From NCBI GenBank assembly GCA_963754315.1, contig CAVWFS010000007.1, positions 608,001-672,000 of the forward strand: a stretch of 64,000 nt of DNA, written 5' to 3'. The stretch is from an uncultured Candidatus Rokubacteria bacterium. GTDB taxonomy: Bacteria; Methylomirabilota; Methylomirabilia; Rokubacteriales; CSP1-6. Shown here piece by piece: positions 8,138 to 17,703 of the stretch (within the stretch, counting starts at the first letter, position 1; the number at the start of each line of letters is the position of its first letter). The translations under genes were made by a program, and so were the position numbers. The notes beneath the pieces are model-generated. The model was not told the origin of the DNA, searched no databases, and worked only from the letters and a program-made list of their open reading frames with translations.

Positions 8138-9595
8138 ATGCAGGCGACGGCTGGCTCGTATCTGCGCACGCTCTTTCTCCATCCTCCCTCCTACCAGGGA
8201 TTCGATGGCGGGGCCGGCGCGCGGTATCAAGCTCGCCGCGAGATCCGCTCCTTCTGGTATCCAACCTGGCTCGCCCAGCCTGCCGCGCTCGTCCCGGGCT
8301 CCCGCCTCGTGGATGCGCCACCCGATGGGCTGACCGTGGACCATGTCCTTGGGCTGGCGCGCTCGTACGAGCTGGCCGTCCTGCACACGAGCACGCCCTC
8401 GTTCGCACACGATGTGAAGGTGGCGGAGGCGCTCAAAGCCGTGAACCCCGGTCTGCGGATCGGTTTCGTGGGCGCCCACGTGGCGGTTGATCCGGTCGCT
8501 GCCCTCGGCGCCTCCGACGCCATCGAGTTCGTGGCCGGCGCCGAGTTCGATTTCACCATTCAAGAGGTGGCGCAGGGCCGCCCCCTGCGCGCGATTCCGG
8601 GGCTGAGCTACCGCGAGAACGGTGGCGTCAAGCACACGCTTCCGCGCCCTACCCTGGAGGACATGGACACGCTTCCCTTTGTGGTCGATGTCTACAAGCG
8701 GGATCTGACCATCGACAACTACGCGATCGGGTATCTGTTACACCCCTTCGTCTCCCTCTACACCGGGCGGGGCTGTCGCTCGAAGTGCACCTTTTGTCTG
8801 TGGCCGCAGACGGTGGGCGGCCACCGCTACCGCACGCGCAGCGTGGAGCACGTCGTCGAGGAGATCGCGCTGGCCACTCGGTACTTCCCACGGGTCAAGG
8901 AGTACTTCTTCGACGACGACACGTTCACCGACGACCTACCGCGCGCCGAAGCCATTGCGCGCGGCCTCGGTAGGCTCGGGGTCACCTGGTCGTGTAACGC
9001 CAAGGCCAATGTCCCCTATCCCACCCTGAAGGTGCTCAAAGACAATGGCCTGCGCCTCCTGCTCGTGGGCTACGAATCTGGGAATCAGGACATCCTGAAC
9101 GCGATCAAGAAAGGGACGCGCCTGGACATCGCCCGTCGGTTCACCGCCGACGCCAAGACGCTTGGCATCAAGATTCACGGAACGTTCATCCTCGGACTCC
9201 CTGGGGAGACGCCAGAGACCGTTCAGAACACGATCCGGTTCGCGCAGGAGCTGGACCCCCACACGATTCAGGTCTCCATGGCTGCCCCCTATCCGGGAAC
9301 GGCTCTCTACCAGCAAGCCCTCGAGAACGGATGGATCGTGCAGAGCGCGCTGGTCGACGACGCCGGCCTGCAAGCGAGCGTACTGTCCTATCCACACCTT
9401 TCCAGTACCGAGATCTTCCACTCGACCGAGGAGTTCTATCGCCGCTTCTATTTCCGTCCGCGAAAGATGTTTGCCATGGCTCGGGACACGATGAGCAGTC
9501 CCCGAGTCCTGCGCCGCCGCCTCCGCGAGGGGGTCGATTTCCTGCGGTTCCTGACCGCACACCGACGGAATCCCGCCTCCCCCAACACGGGGTAG
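8138..9595 (+). CDS. hpnJ: Hopanoid biosynthesis radical SAM protein HpnJ
   Basis: Diagnostic N-terminus LHPPSYQGFDGGAGARYQARREIRSFWYPTWLAQPAAL; CxxxCxxC motif GCRSKCTFCLWPQT. SD AGGAG. Confidence 0.95.
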   Translation: MQATAGSYLRTLFLHPPSYQGFDGGAGARYQARREIRSFWYPTWLAQPAALVPGSRLVDAPPDGLTVDHVLGLARSYELAVLHTSTPSFAHDVKVAEALKAVNPGLRIGFVGAHVAVDPVAALGASDAIEFVAGAEFDFTIQEVAQGRPLRAIPGLSYRENGGVKHTLPRPTLEDMDTLPFVVDVYKRDLTIDNYAIGYLLHPFVSLYTGRGCRSKCTFCLWPQTVGGHRYRTRSVEHVVEEIALATRYFPRVKEYFFDDDTFTDDLPRAEAIARGLGRLGVTWSCNAKANVPYPTLKVLKDNGLRLLLVGYESGNQDILNAIKKGTRLDIARRFTADAKTLGIKIHGTFILGLPGETPETVQNTIRFAQELDPHTIQVSMAAPYPGTALYQQALENGWIVQSALVDDAGLQASVLSYPHLSSTEIFHSTEEFYRRFYFRPRKMFAMARDTMSSPRVLRRRLREGVDFLRFLTAHRRNPASPNTG

Positions 9596-9597
9596 GC

Positions 9598-10851
9598 TCA
9601 GCGAGCTTCCAGCTCGCTCTGGATCCCGAAGTAGTCGGTATACGCCTTGAAGCGGTGCCGGAGGTCATCCGGATCGAGCCCGAACGTGGCCAGCGAGTAC
9701 GCGTGCGAGCCGTACTTGTCCTTGGGATTCTCCGCGAGATGCTGGCGCATTCGAGCCTCGGCCGCCGCGCTGAAGGGAAAATCGAAGTTGGCATAGAGGC
9801 GGTGGACGGTGGCGAGGGGGTCCTCGACCAGCTCGCGATAGTGCACGTCGGCGAATCGCTCATTGCCGAAGCCACGATCGGCACGGCTGTGGAGGAGGCG
9901 CTCGAGCCCATCCGACCAGTGCTGGGCTACCTCGACGCCAATTTCGGACAGATCGACGTGATCCGAGAAGGCCGCCCGCAGGACGGCGGTCAGGCTCGCG
10001 ACGGAGGAGAGGACGGCGACCGGATCGCGGTGCGTCTGGACGACGACGGCATCGGGATACGTCTCGCAGAGCGCATCCACCCCATGGGCGTGTGACGGTG
10101 CCTTAAGGACCCAGCGCCGGGCGGGACGGCGCCACTGCAGGTGCTGGAGAAACCGCCGGTGCACGTCGTAGGCCGGACGCAGGTCCTGCCGCCCAAGCCA
10201 CGCCTGGTAGTTGGGCACCCGATACATTGTGTGGAAACGCTGGCTCAGGAACGAGTGACTCATGATGGCCATGCACTCCAACGGTAACTGCGCGCCAAGC
10301 GGATGAATGGTCTTGAAGCCCGGGGCGAGCCGATCCAGCCATCGGAGATCGCGCGCAGCCCGGTCAATACGCGGATCGGCCGCGTCGTCCCGTCCCTCCG
10401 GCGGAGGCGATGGCGCCATGACCTCCCAGGCCTCCGCCACGCGATTCGCCGGGTCCTGGGCGAGCAAGTGATGCAACAGCGTACTGCCCGTCCGGGGGAG
10501 CCCCATGATGACGAGCGGACGGTCGATCCGCTCGTCGCTGATGGCCGGGTGACGCCGACGATCCGCCTGCATCTGCAGACGGTGCACCAGCAGCGAGACA
10601 GTGTCCCGCCGAGCCACAAAGCGGCCCAGCCACGTCAGGTGCGCCTCCGTCTCGTAGTCCTGCAACAGAACCCGAAGGGCCGCCCTGAACTCTCCATCCC
10701 CGAAGTCTTGGAGGTTGGCTTGGCGGCGGGCCGCCTCCAGGACGGTACGTTCGTCCAGGGTGGCCGTGCGAACCCCCACGCGTCCGAGGGAGCGTCCGGC
10801 AACATTGATGGTGCGGATGACGGCGCGGAAAGCGGCAGAGGTAACAGTCAT
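9598..10851 (-). CDS. PAPS-dependent sulfotransferase family protein
   Basis: 5'-PSB loop GLPRTGSTLL, WVLKAPSH, and 3'-PB motif THRDPVAVLSS. Confidence 0.88.
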   Translation of the reverse strand: MTVTSAAFRAVIRTINVAGRSLGRVGVRTATLDERTVLEAARRQANLQDFGDGEFRAALRVLLQDYETEAHLTWLGRFVARRDTVSLLVHRLQMQADRRRHPAISDERIDRPLVIMGLPRTGSTLLHHLLAQDPANRVAEAWEVMAPSPPPEGRDDAADPRIDRAARDLRWLDRLAPGFKTIHPLGAQLPLECMAIMSHSFLSQRFHTMYRVPNYQAWLGRQDLRPAYDVHRRFLQHLQWRRPARRWVLKAPSHAHGVDALCETYPDAVVVQTHRDPVAVLSSVASLTAVLRAAFSDHVDLSEIGVEVAQHWSDGLERLLHSRADRGFGNERFADVHYRELVEDPLATVHRLYANFDFPFSAAAEARMRQHLAENPKDKYGSHAYSLATFGLDPDDLRHRFKAYTDYFGIQSELEAR

Positions 10852-10994
10852 AGCGAGCCATGGTAACCGCTGAGGCAAAGGTCGGCCAAGTCTGGCGGCG
10901 GAGGTCCGGCAGACGGAGGCTGGTAGGCGCGAATCGAAACCTCGTGCGAGCGCAGCCCATGAGGGTCACGTATGCCAAACTAGACGGGGGGGCC

Positions 10995-11672
10995 ATGCGC
11001 ATCCTAGTCGCCGAGGACGAGCGAAAGGTGGCGAGCTTCATCCGGCAGGGCCTCGAAGAAGAGGGGCATGCGGTGGAGGTGGCCACTGACGGGGAGACGG
11101 CCCTCGGACTCATTGTCGACGGTCCGCCCTATGACCTGATCGTTCTCGACGTCATGCTTCCCAGACGCGACGGTTTCGCCGTCCTACGCGCGCTGCGCCG
11201 GCATGGGCTTCCCACTCCGGTTCTTGTCCTGACCGCGCGCGATAGCGTCGCCGACAAGGTAACTGGCCTCGACGTCGGCGCCGACGACTACCTCACGAAG
11301 CCCTTCGCCTTCGAGGAGTTCCTGGCCCGTGTACGCGCCCTCCTGCGCCGGGGTAGCGAGGCCAAGAGCCCCGTCCTCAGAGTGGCCGATCTGCTCCTCG
11401 ACCCAGCCCGTCGCGAGGTGCGACGTGGAGAGCGGCGCATCATCTTGACCGCGCGGGAGTATGCCCTGCTCGAGTACTTCATGCGCAATACCGGGCGCGT
11501 CCTCACCCGCCCCATGATCACTGAGCACGTGTGGGGCCTCGATTTCGACCCGGAGAGCAACGTGGTGGATGTCTATGTCGGCTATGTGCGCCGCAAGATC
11601 GAGGCCGAGGGTGAGCGGCCGCTGCTCCGGACGATGCGGGGCGCCGGGTACGTGCTCAGAGCTGGCGACTGA
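10995..11672 (+). CDS. OmpR-family response regulator (CusR/CzcR-like)
   Basis: MRILVAEDE, YDLIVLDVMLP, GADDYLTKPF and a winged-HTH SNVVDVYVGYVRRKI. Confidence 0.93.
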   Translation: MRILVAEDERKVASFIRQGLEEEGHAVEVATDGETALGLIVDGPPYDLIVLDVMLPRRDGFAVLRALRRHGLPTPVLVLTARDSVADKVTGLDVGADDYLTKPFAFEEFLARVRALLRRGSEAKSPVLRVADLLLDPARREVRRGERRIILTAREYALLEYFMRNTGRVLTRPMITEHVWGLDFDPESNVVDVYVGYVRRKIEAEGERPLLRTMRGAGYVLRAGD

Positions 11673-13111
11673 TGCGCCCGCTGTCCATTCGTAGCCGTCT
11701 CACGATCTGGTACTCGCTGACCTTGCTCGCCATTCTCCTGGTCGTGGGCGGCCTCTCGTATTCCCTGCTGCGCACGCGTCTGCTTCAAGACCTCGATACC
11801 TCGCTCCTCACGGTAGCGCAGGCTATCCAGAGCACCAGTCCTCCCGTGGAGGACGCCGGACCTGGCCCCCTCGAGCAGTGGATGCGTGAGATGCTGGGCA
11901 ACGAGCTCTACGACAAGTTCTTCCAGTTTCTCGATCCTGATGGCCATCCGGGCCTGCGCTCGCCGGGGCCTCAGAACGACCGGCTGCCCCTCTCACCCGA
12001 AGCGCGCCGGAACGCGCTGGTCGGCAGGAGCACGTTCGAGACCGTGGATCTGGTTCCGCAAGGCGCCACCCGTCTGTTGACGATTCCCCTCGTCCGCGAG
12101 GGCAAAGTCGTCCAGCTCGTCCAGGTCGGCCTGCCGCTCGCGCGGACCCGCCGGACGCTTTCGCGCTATCTTCAGACGTTGCTTCTGCTCATTCCAGCCG
12201 GCGTCGCTCTGGCAGCCGTGGGAGGGGCCGCCGTCGCCCGTACCGCGCTCAGGCCGGTGGACGCCATGTCGGCGACCGCCCGGCGCATCACGGCAGAGGA
12301 CCTCGCGCAACGTGTCCCGCGACGAGGTTCCGGTGATGAACTGGATCGTTTGGCCGATACCTTGAACGGCATGCTTACCCGGCTCGAGGCCACCTTCGCC
12401 CAGATGCGCCGCTTCGCGGCCGACGCTGCCCACGAGCTGCGGACGCCGCTCGCCGCCCTGAAGGGCAGCATCGAAGTCGCCCTGCGCGCCGAGCGCACGC
12501 CTGAGGCCTATCGTCACGTGCTCACGTCGAACCTGGAGGAGGCGCATCGGTTGATCCGCCTGGCCGAGGATCTCCTGCTCCTGTCACGTGCCACAGCCGG
12601 TCTCGAGGGGCCGCGAGCTCCCGTCGATCTCGAATCAATCCTGCTCGAGGCTCTCGATCTCGGCGTACGACTCGGTCAGGAAGCCGGCGTCACCGTCCGC
12701 GTGAAGGAGCTGACGGCCGTCACCATCCGCGGCGAGGAGGTCGCTCTGCGACGAGCCGTGATCAATCTGGTGGAGAACGCGGTGAAGTACACGCCACGCG
12801 GTGGAGCCGTCGATCTGTCCTTGACTCGGAGCGATGGCGCCGCCTTCATCACCGTGGCCGACACGGGGATCGGCCTAGATCCGGTCGATGCTGAACGCAT
12901 CTTCGAGCCGTTCGTCCGGCTCGACGCGGCCCGCGCGCGCGAGACGGGCGGCACCGGTCTTGGGCTGGCCATCACGCGATCGATCATCACGGCCCACGGC
13001 GGCACGATCTCGGTGCAGAGCGTTCCTGGTTCCGGCAGCCGGTTCGTCATTAAATTCGCGGGTCCCGCGATGTCCCTCCAAGCCCCGCAGCCCTCGACAC
13101 GCTCGGCGTGA
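11672..13111 (+). CDS. HAMP-domain sensor histidine kinase (CusS/CzcS-like)
   Basis: Two TM segments, HAMP, H-box ADAAHELRTPL, N-box NLVENAVKY, G-boxes DTGIG and GTGLGL. TGATG overlap with the regulator gene. Confidence 0.93.
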   Translation: MRPLSIRSRLTIWYSLTLLAILLVVGGLSYSLLRTRLLQDLDTSLLTVAQAIQSTSPPVEDAGPGPLEQWMREMLGNELYDKFFQFLDPDGHPGLRSPGPQNDRLPLSPEARRNALVGRSTFETVDLVPQGATRLLTIPLVREGKVVQLVQVGLPLARTRRTLSRYLQTLLLLIPAGVALAAVGGAAVARTALRPVDAMSATARRITAEDLAQRVPRRGSGDELDRLADTLNGMLTRLEATFAQMRRFAADAAHELRTPLAALKGSIEVALRAERTPEAYRHVLTSNLEEAHRLIRLAEDLLLLSRATAGLEGPRAPVDLESILLEALDLGVRLGQEAGVTVRVKELTAVTIRGEEVALRRAVINLVENAVKYTPRGGAVDLSLTRSDGAAFITVADTGIGLDPVDAERIFEPFVRLDAARARETGGTGLGLAITRSIITAHGGTISVQSVPGSGSRFVIKFAGPAMSLQAPQPSTRSA

Positions 13112-13180
13112 GCGCGGGGGGCGCGCGTCGACTGCACCCGGACTCTGGCTCTGCCCGATCGACGAGACCCCAGGCAACGC

Positions 13181-14383
13181 TCAGGTGTCCTGGGAGCGCT
13201 GCACAAGGGGCCGCAGACGAGGAAGAATGGCCGCCACGACGACGGCCAACACGCTCAGGCCGAACCACCCGATCCGGTACGAGTCGGTCGCCTCCACCAC
13301 CAGCCCGAACAGCGGCGGCCCCACCAGCACCCCGCCCCACGCGAAGATGACTCCGAGCCCCGTCATCAGCCCGGCAAACCGGGTACCGCCAATCTCCGCC
13401 ATCAGGGCGAAGAAGAGGCCGACCCAGCCAAAGGCGCCGAGGCCGGTCAGGAAAGCGATGGCACCGGCCCAGAGAGGCGAGAGCGCACCGCCGAGCGCGA
13501 AGCCGACGAGGCCGGCGGCGGCGATCAGAGCGTTCAGGGTCAATCCTGGTCGACGACGCCCTTCGAAGAATCGATCGCTGACGACACCCCACCCGAGTCG
13601 ACCGGCCGCGCCGCCGACGTGGGCCAGTGCGAGCAAGCGTGCCGCATCCACGTTTGATAGCGCGAAGGTATCACGCGCGTACAGCACCAGATACGCGAGC
13701 ACCGACGACTGCACGATCCCGAGTCCGAGGCCGCACGCGAGAACGACCTGCACCTCGGTCCGTCGCACCACGGGGCCGAGGTCGGCGAACGACGCTGTGC
13801 TCGGCGTGCCTTGCGCCACTCGGGCCGGGGCTTCCCGATAGGTCGAGATCACGAGCAGTGCGGTCACCAGCGACAGGGCGGCGCCGAGCAGCACGGCGAC
13901 TCGCCAGCCCAGGAGCAGCGCAATCGGGGGCAGGAGTAAGGCAGACACGATTCCGCCCAGGGTCAGCCCTGCTTGCTTGACTCCCATGGCCAGGCCCCGC
14001 TCCCGCGCAGGGAACCAATCGTAAATGGCCCGTCCCGTCGTCGGGTTCAGCATGCCGAACCCAAAGCCCGCGATGACCAGGATGGCGAGCAGGAGGGGCA
14101 CGAAGGGGGCGATGACGGTCAAGCCCATCGCTCCCGCGATGAGGACCAACCCCCCGACGAGTGGTCGCCCGACCCCGTATCGCTCGGTCAGCGAGCCGGC
14201 CGGTAGGGACATGAGGACGCCTCCCAGATACACGGCCGGCAGGAACAGGCCAATCTCGACCCGCGAGAGCCGCAATCCATCGACGAGGAACGGCGCCAAG
14301 GGAGCCACGGCGAGCGCGGCCAGCGAGCCCAGCGCATGCGCAAGGCTCATGAGGAACAGCACAACCCAGCGCGTCGGGGTCAC
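13181..14383 (-). CDS. MFS transporter
   Basis: About 12 hydrophobic segments; GSLTERYG, WFPARERGLAMG, WGVVSDR. Confidence 0.9.
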   Translation of the reverse strand: MTPTRWVVLFLMSLAHALGSLAALAVAPLAPFLVDGLRLSRVEIGLFLPAVYLGGVLMSLPAGSLTERYGVGRPLVGGLVLIAGAMGLTVIAPFVPLLLAILVIAGFGFGMLNPTTGRAIYDWFPARERGLAMGVKQAGLTLGGIVSALLLPPIALLLGWRVAVLLGAALSLVTALLVISTYREAPARVAQGTPSTASFADLGPVVRRTEVQVVLACGLGLGIVQSSVLAYLVLYARDTFALSNVDAARLLALAHVGGAAGRLGWGVVSDRFFEGRRRPGLTLNALIAAAGLVGFALGGALSPLWAGAIAFLTGLGAFGWVGLFFALMAEIGGTRFAGLMTGLGVIFAWGGVLVGPPLFGLVVEATDSYRIGWFGLSVLAVVVAAILPRLRPLVQRSQDT

Positions 14384-14418
14384 GTCGTCCCGTCCCGCGT
14401 GCGTTGCCGGACGGCGCC

Positions 14419-14493
14419 CTACAGCGTGACGAGCAGCTTGCCGAAGTTCTCGCTGCGCAGGAGCCCGATGAAGGCGCCGGAGGCCTCGGTCAT
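14419..14493 (-). pseudogene. Remnant of an NADP-dependent oxidoreductase (CurA/prostaglandin-reductase-like MDR): start codon joined to the C-terminal ~22 aa
   Basis: Translates MTEASGAFIGLLRSENFGKLLVTL*, matching the family C-terminal signature AF.GLL.G.NFGK.(V/L)V. ATGA overlap with the upstream dioxygenase stop. Confidence 0.65.
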
Positions 14494-15344
14494 CCGGCCG
14501 CCTCCTTCACGAGCTCATTCCAGACCACCATGCCGGTCCCGGACCGCCAGGCTACGGCCGGCATGTAGGCCAGCACGTCCGCGGGTCCTCGTGTGAAGGC
14601 CAGGACCAGGATCCAGGCGAGTAACTCCGCGGTCCCCCCGGATCCGGCCGCCTCCATGCGCTCGAGGGTGCACTCGTTCAACAAGGCCTGGTGATCACCT
14701 CGCTTCAGGAGATCGAGAAACCAGCGGTCGAAGGGCTCGTCGACCCAGAAGTAGCGGGGCCCGCCCGGCTCGTGGGACAGCCCGCCGGTGGCGATCACCG
14801 CAATGCGGTCTCGGCCGGGAAAGGCGTGGACGACGTCGCGCAGAACACAGCCGACCTCGTAGGCGCGGCTCGGATTCGGAATCGGCGGGACCGTGCAGTT
14901 CATGGTCACCGGCACCAACCGGAAGCGGGCATCGGGGTTCAGATAGTGGGTCGGGACCGAGATGCCATCGTCGAACTGCATGGCTCGCAGGTAGGACAGA
15001 GCGACACCCCGACGGGCGGCCTCGTTGACGATGAAGCGCGCGAGGGTGGGATGGCCCGGAATCCGGTACTTCTCCATCCCTAGCCACTCGTCGAACCAGT
15101 CGGCGGGGCCGACGTGCTCTTCGCCAATGCCAACGGTGTATTCGGGGATGTTGTTCATCGGCCAGTTGAGCAGATGGTCATTGCTGAACATCACCAGCAC
15201 ATCGGGACGGGCCGCCTCCAGGCGCCGACGCATCTCCGCGGTGGCCTGCAGAGCGAGCTGTTGATGCTCTTCGGGGGCTCGGGTAAACCACCCCGTGAGG
15301 CCCGGTGAATGGGTCATGGCCATGGCCGCGACGATGTGCCCCAT
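14490..15344 (-). CDS. Class III extradiol ring-cleavage dioxygenase, catalytic (LigB-like) subunit
   Basis: THSPG, SNDHL, GGLSHEPG and a C-terminal Glu in TAELLAW. Confidence 0.85.
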   Translation of the reverse strand: MGHIVAAMAMTHSPGLTGWFTRAPEEHQQLALQATAEMRRRLEAARPDVLVMFSNDHLLNWPMNNIPEYTVGIGEEHVGPADWFDEWLGMEKYRIPGHPTLARFIVNEAARRGVALSYLRAMQFDDGISVPTHYLNPDARFRLVPVTMNCTVPPIPNPSRAYEVGCVLRDVVHAFPGRDRIAVIATGGLSHEPGGPRYFWVDEPFDRWFLDLLKRGDHQALLNECTLERMEAAGSGGTAELLAWILVLAFTRGPADVLAYMPAVAWRSGTGMVVWNELVKEAAG

Positions 15345-15688
15345 CAGGCGCTCCCCTCCCGCCGCTCCTGCAACGTCATGCTCTGGGCGGTCTCGACGGG
15401 GAAGGCGCGACGGTAGCACTCCAGGGTCGCGCTGGCGTTGGTGTTCTGCGTGGTGCCGAAGAAGAGGCGCAGAATCTGGGGGACGTAGTACTGGTGCACC
15501 CCAAGATCCATGAGGCGACGCGGGTCTCGGTCGCGGAGGGCCTCCTCTTCGGCTGTCGAGAGCCCGAACTGCCGGGCGAGGCCTGGCAGATCCGTCAGCA
15601 TTCGCGCCCGCAGCTCGGGGTCCCGCCGCACGTGGTAGATCATCTCGTTGGTGGGAAGCGTCTTGTCACAGCGCTCCACGTTCCCCAT
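15344..15688 (-). CDS. LigA-like small subunit of the ring-cleavage dioxygenase
   Basis: 114 aa with pattern N.MIY...RDPELRAR...FGLS.AEEEAL..RD...LMDLGVH. TGATG-coupled to the LigB-like gene. Confidence 0.7.
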   Translation of the reverse strand: MGNVERCDKTLPTNEMIYHVRRDPELRARMLTDLPGLARQFGLSTAEEEALRDRDPRRLMDLGVHQYYVPQILRLFFGTTQNTNASATLECYRRAFPVETAQSMTLQERREGSA

Positions 15689-16052
15689 GTGCGCCCTCCC
15701 TCAACACCTTTGGGTTCACCTTGATGAACATGATCACGCAGCGCTCGGTCGTCAGGTTGCGCACATCGTGGGGGACGTTGTTGGGAAACCAGACGATCGA
15801 TCCCGCCCGCACCACGGTCTCCTCGGGGCCGATGCGCAGATGGGCCGTGCCCTCGAGCACGAAGATGGCCTCCTCCTCGCTCGGATGTGAGTGCATGACC
15901 GTTGATTGACCGGGCTCGTAGCAAGCGATCTCCGACCAGAGCTGGTCGGTCTTGAACAACATCCGTCGGACCCGCTTGTCCGGTGCGAAGGCCTTGAGGG
16001 CATGCAGATCGAACACGCGCGCCGCACTGGACACCTCTGCCTGGTGTGCCAT
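15666..16052 (-). CDS. Cupin domain protein
   Basis: Cupin motifs PGQSTVMHSHPSEEEAIFVLEG and FPNNVPHDVRN. SD GGAGG precedes ATG 16052. Confidence 0.88.
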   Translation of the reverse strand: MAHQAEVSSAARVFDLHALKAFAPDKRVRRMLFKTDQLWSEIACYEPGQSTVMHSHPSEEEAIFVLEGTAHLRIGPEETVVRAGSIVWFPNNVPHDVRNLTTERCVIMFIKVNPKVLREGAHGERGAL

Positions 16053-16131
16053 GATCGCGACCTCCGAGTCGGGCGCCAGTGTAGCCCATTTTCGCCCTCG
16101 GCCCCCCCTGAGCCCGCCACACGGCCCATGG

Positions 16132-16425
16132 GACAGCACCGGGGGACCTATCCACTTCCACGACTGGATCGGCAACGGCTGGGCGATCCTCTTCTCACAC
16201 CCACGTGATTTCACCACGGGCCGGAACTTCGACGAGATCCTCCGCGTCAGCGACTCGCTCCAGCTCACCGACGCCTACCAGGTGGCGACGCCAGTGAACT
16301 GGAAACAGGGCGAGGACGTCATCATCGTCCCCGCCGTCAGCGATGCCGACGCCAAGACGAAGTTTCCCAAGGGCTGGCGCGCCCTGAAGCCGTACCTTCG
16401 GCTCACCCCGCAGCCGAATAGGTGA
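16132..16425 (+). pseudogene. 1-Cys peroxiredoxin (Prx6 family) remnant with an in-frame internal deletion of the active site and no start codon
   Basis: GPIHFHDWIGNGWAILFSHPRDFT is joined directly to TGRNFDEILRV...ATPVNWKQGEDVII...KPYLRLTPQP. The PVCTTE motif and the central region are absent. Confidence 0.85.
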
Positions 16426-17582
16426 CACCGACCTCCATCGCCAGCGGGCGCGGGGGCAGGCCAGTGTAGTCGGCGCGGGGCCGGATGAGGCGATTGTCGG
16501 CATATTGCTCGAGGGCATGCGCGCACCAGCCGGCCACCCGCCCGACGGCGAAGATGGACGTGCAGAGATCGGACAGGAATGCCGAGGGCGTCGTACACGA
16601 CGGCCGAGAAGAAGTCAACGTTCACCGGGAGTCCGGTGCGCGACGTGACCGTCTCGTAGACGCGCTCCGCCACCTCGAAGAGCCGCTGGCGCCCAGTAGC
16701 TTCCGCCATCGTGCGCGCCATGTCCCGCAGCACCCGCGCCCGCGCGTCGTCCACGCGGTACACACGGTGACCAAAGCCGGGCACGCGCGCCCGCGGATCG
16801 CGGCGGGCGCCCTTTGAGAGGCGGTCGCGGGCGGCCAGCCGCTCTTCGATGAACGCGCGGGCCCGCTCCGGCTGGCCAATTTCGCGCAGCAGGCTCAGCA
16901 CGTCCTCGTTGGCTCCCCCGTGCCGCGGCCCCTTGAGCGTCGCGATGGCGGCCACGACGGCTGCGTGGAGATCGGCGACAGTCGCGACTGCCACCCGTAG
17001 CGCGAAGGTGGAGGCGTTGAACTCATGATCCGCATGGAGGGTGAGGATCACATCGAGAACTCGGCTCACCTCGGAGGTGGGCACCTCCCCCCGCAGCTGA
17101 TAGAGAAAGTGTGCCGCGTGCGACAAGTCGGTTCGGACCGGCGGCTGAGCCTGCCCCGTTCGCCGCCGGTGCCAGGCCGCCACCACCGAGGGGACCAGGC
17201 TCATGATTCGCGCCGACTTCCGGAGGTTGGCCTCCTGGTCGTTCTCGCGTGTATCAGGGTCCACGGTGGCCGCCAGCGAGACCGCTGTCCTCAGGACATC
17301 GAGGGGATGGCTGTCGGGAGGGCACCGTTCCAGGAGCGCGGCCACCGGTCCCGGCAGCTCGCGGGCCGCTCTCAGGCGCGCCTCGAAGGCCGCCGCCTCC
17401 TGGAAGCTCGGCAACTCGCCGAACCAGAGCAGATGGGTGACGGCCTCGAAGGAAGCCCTTCCCGCGAGGTCGCCGATCTCGTAGCCACGGTAGTACAGCT
17501 GGCCCCGGGCCCCGTCAATGGCCGTGATGGCCGAGCGGGCGGCGACCACGTCTTCCAGTCCTGCCTTCCACTCTGCGCTCAT
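16403..17582 (-). CDS. Citrate/2-methylcitrate synthase with an apparent +1 frameshift near 16572
   Basis: GLEDVVA, LYYRGY, HADHEFNAST, GPRHGGANE, PGFGHRVY, NVDF. The C-terminus (DLCTSIFAVGRVAGWCAH...LIRPRADY) continues in another frame. Confidence 0.88.
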
Positions 17583-17629
17583 AGCGCACCTCCTGGACGC
17601 TCCTGACTGGCTCCTAGCAGCACTATACA

Positions 17630-17659
17630 TGATTTATATTGATTCATATAGATAAGACT
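17630..17659. promoter_or_regulatory. AT-rich putative operator of three 10-bp-spaced direct repeats between the divergent citrate synthase and HTH genes
   Basis: TGATTTATAT / TGATTCATAT / AGATAAGACT in a very GC-rich background. Confidence 0.55.
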
Positions 17660-17703
17660 CGAAGATTGGCGGAGAATAAAGGGGTCGCCTGTTACCGTAG
17701 AGG

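Noticed and set aside
10995..13111. Heavy-metal resistance island
   Set aside because: The pair is CusRS-like but has no adjacent efflux or metal-binding genes, so the stimulus cannot be assigned.
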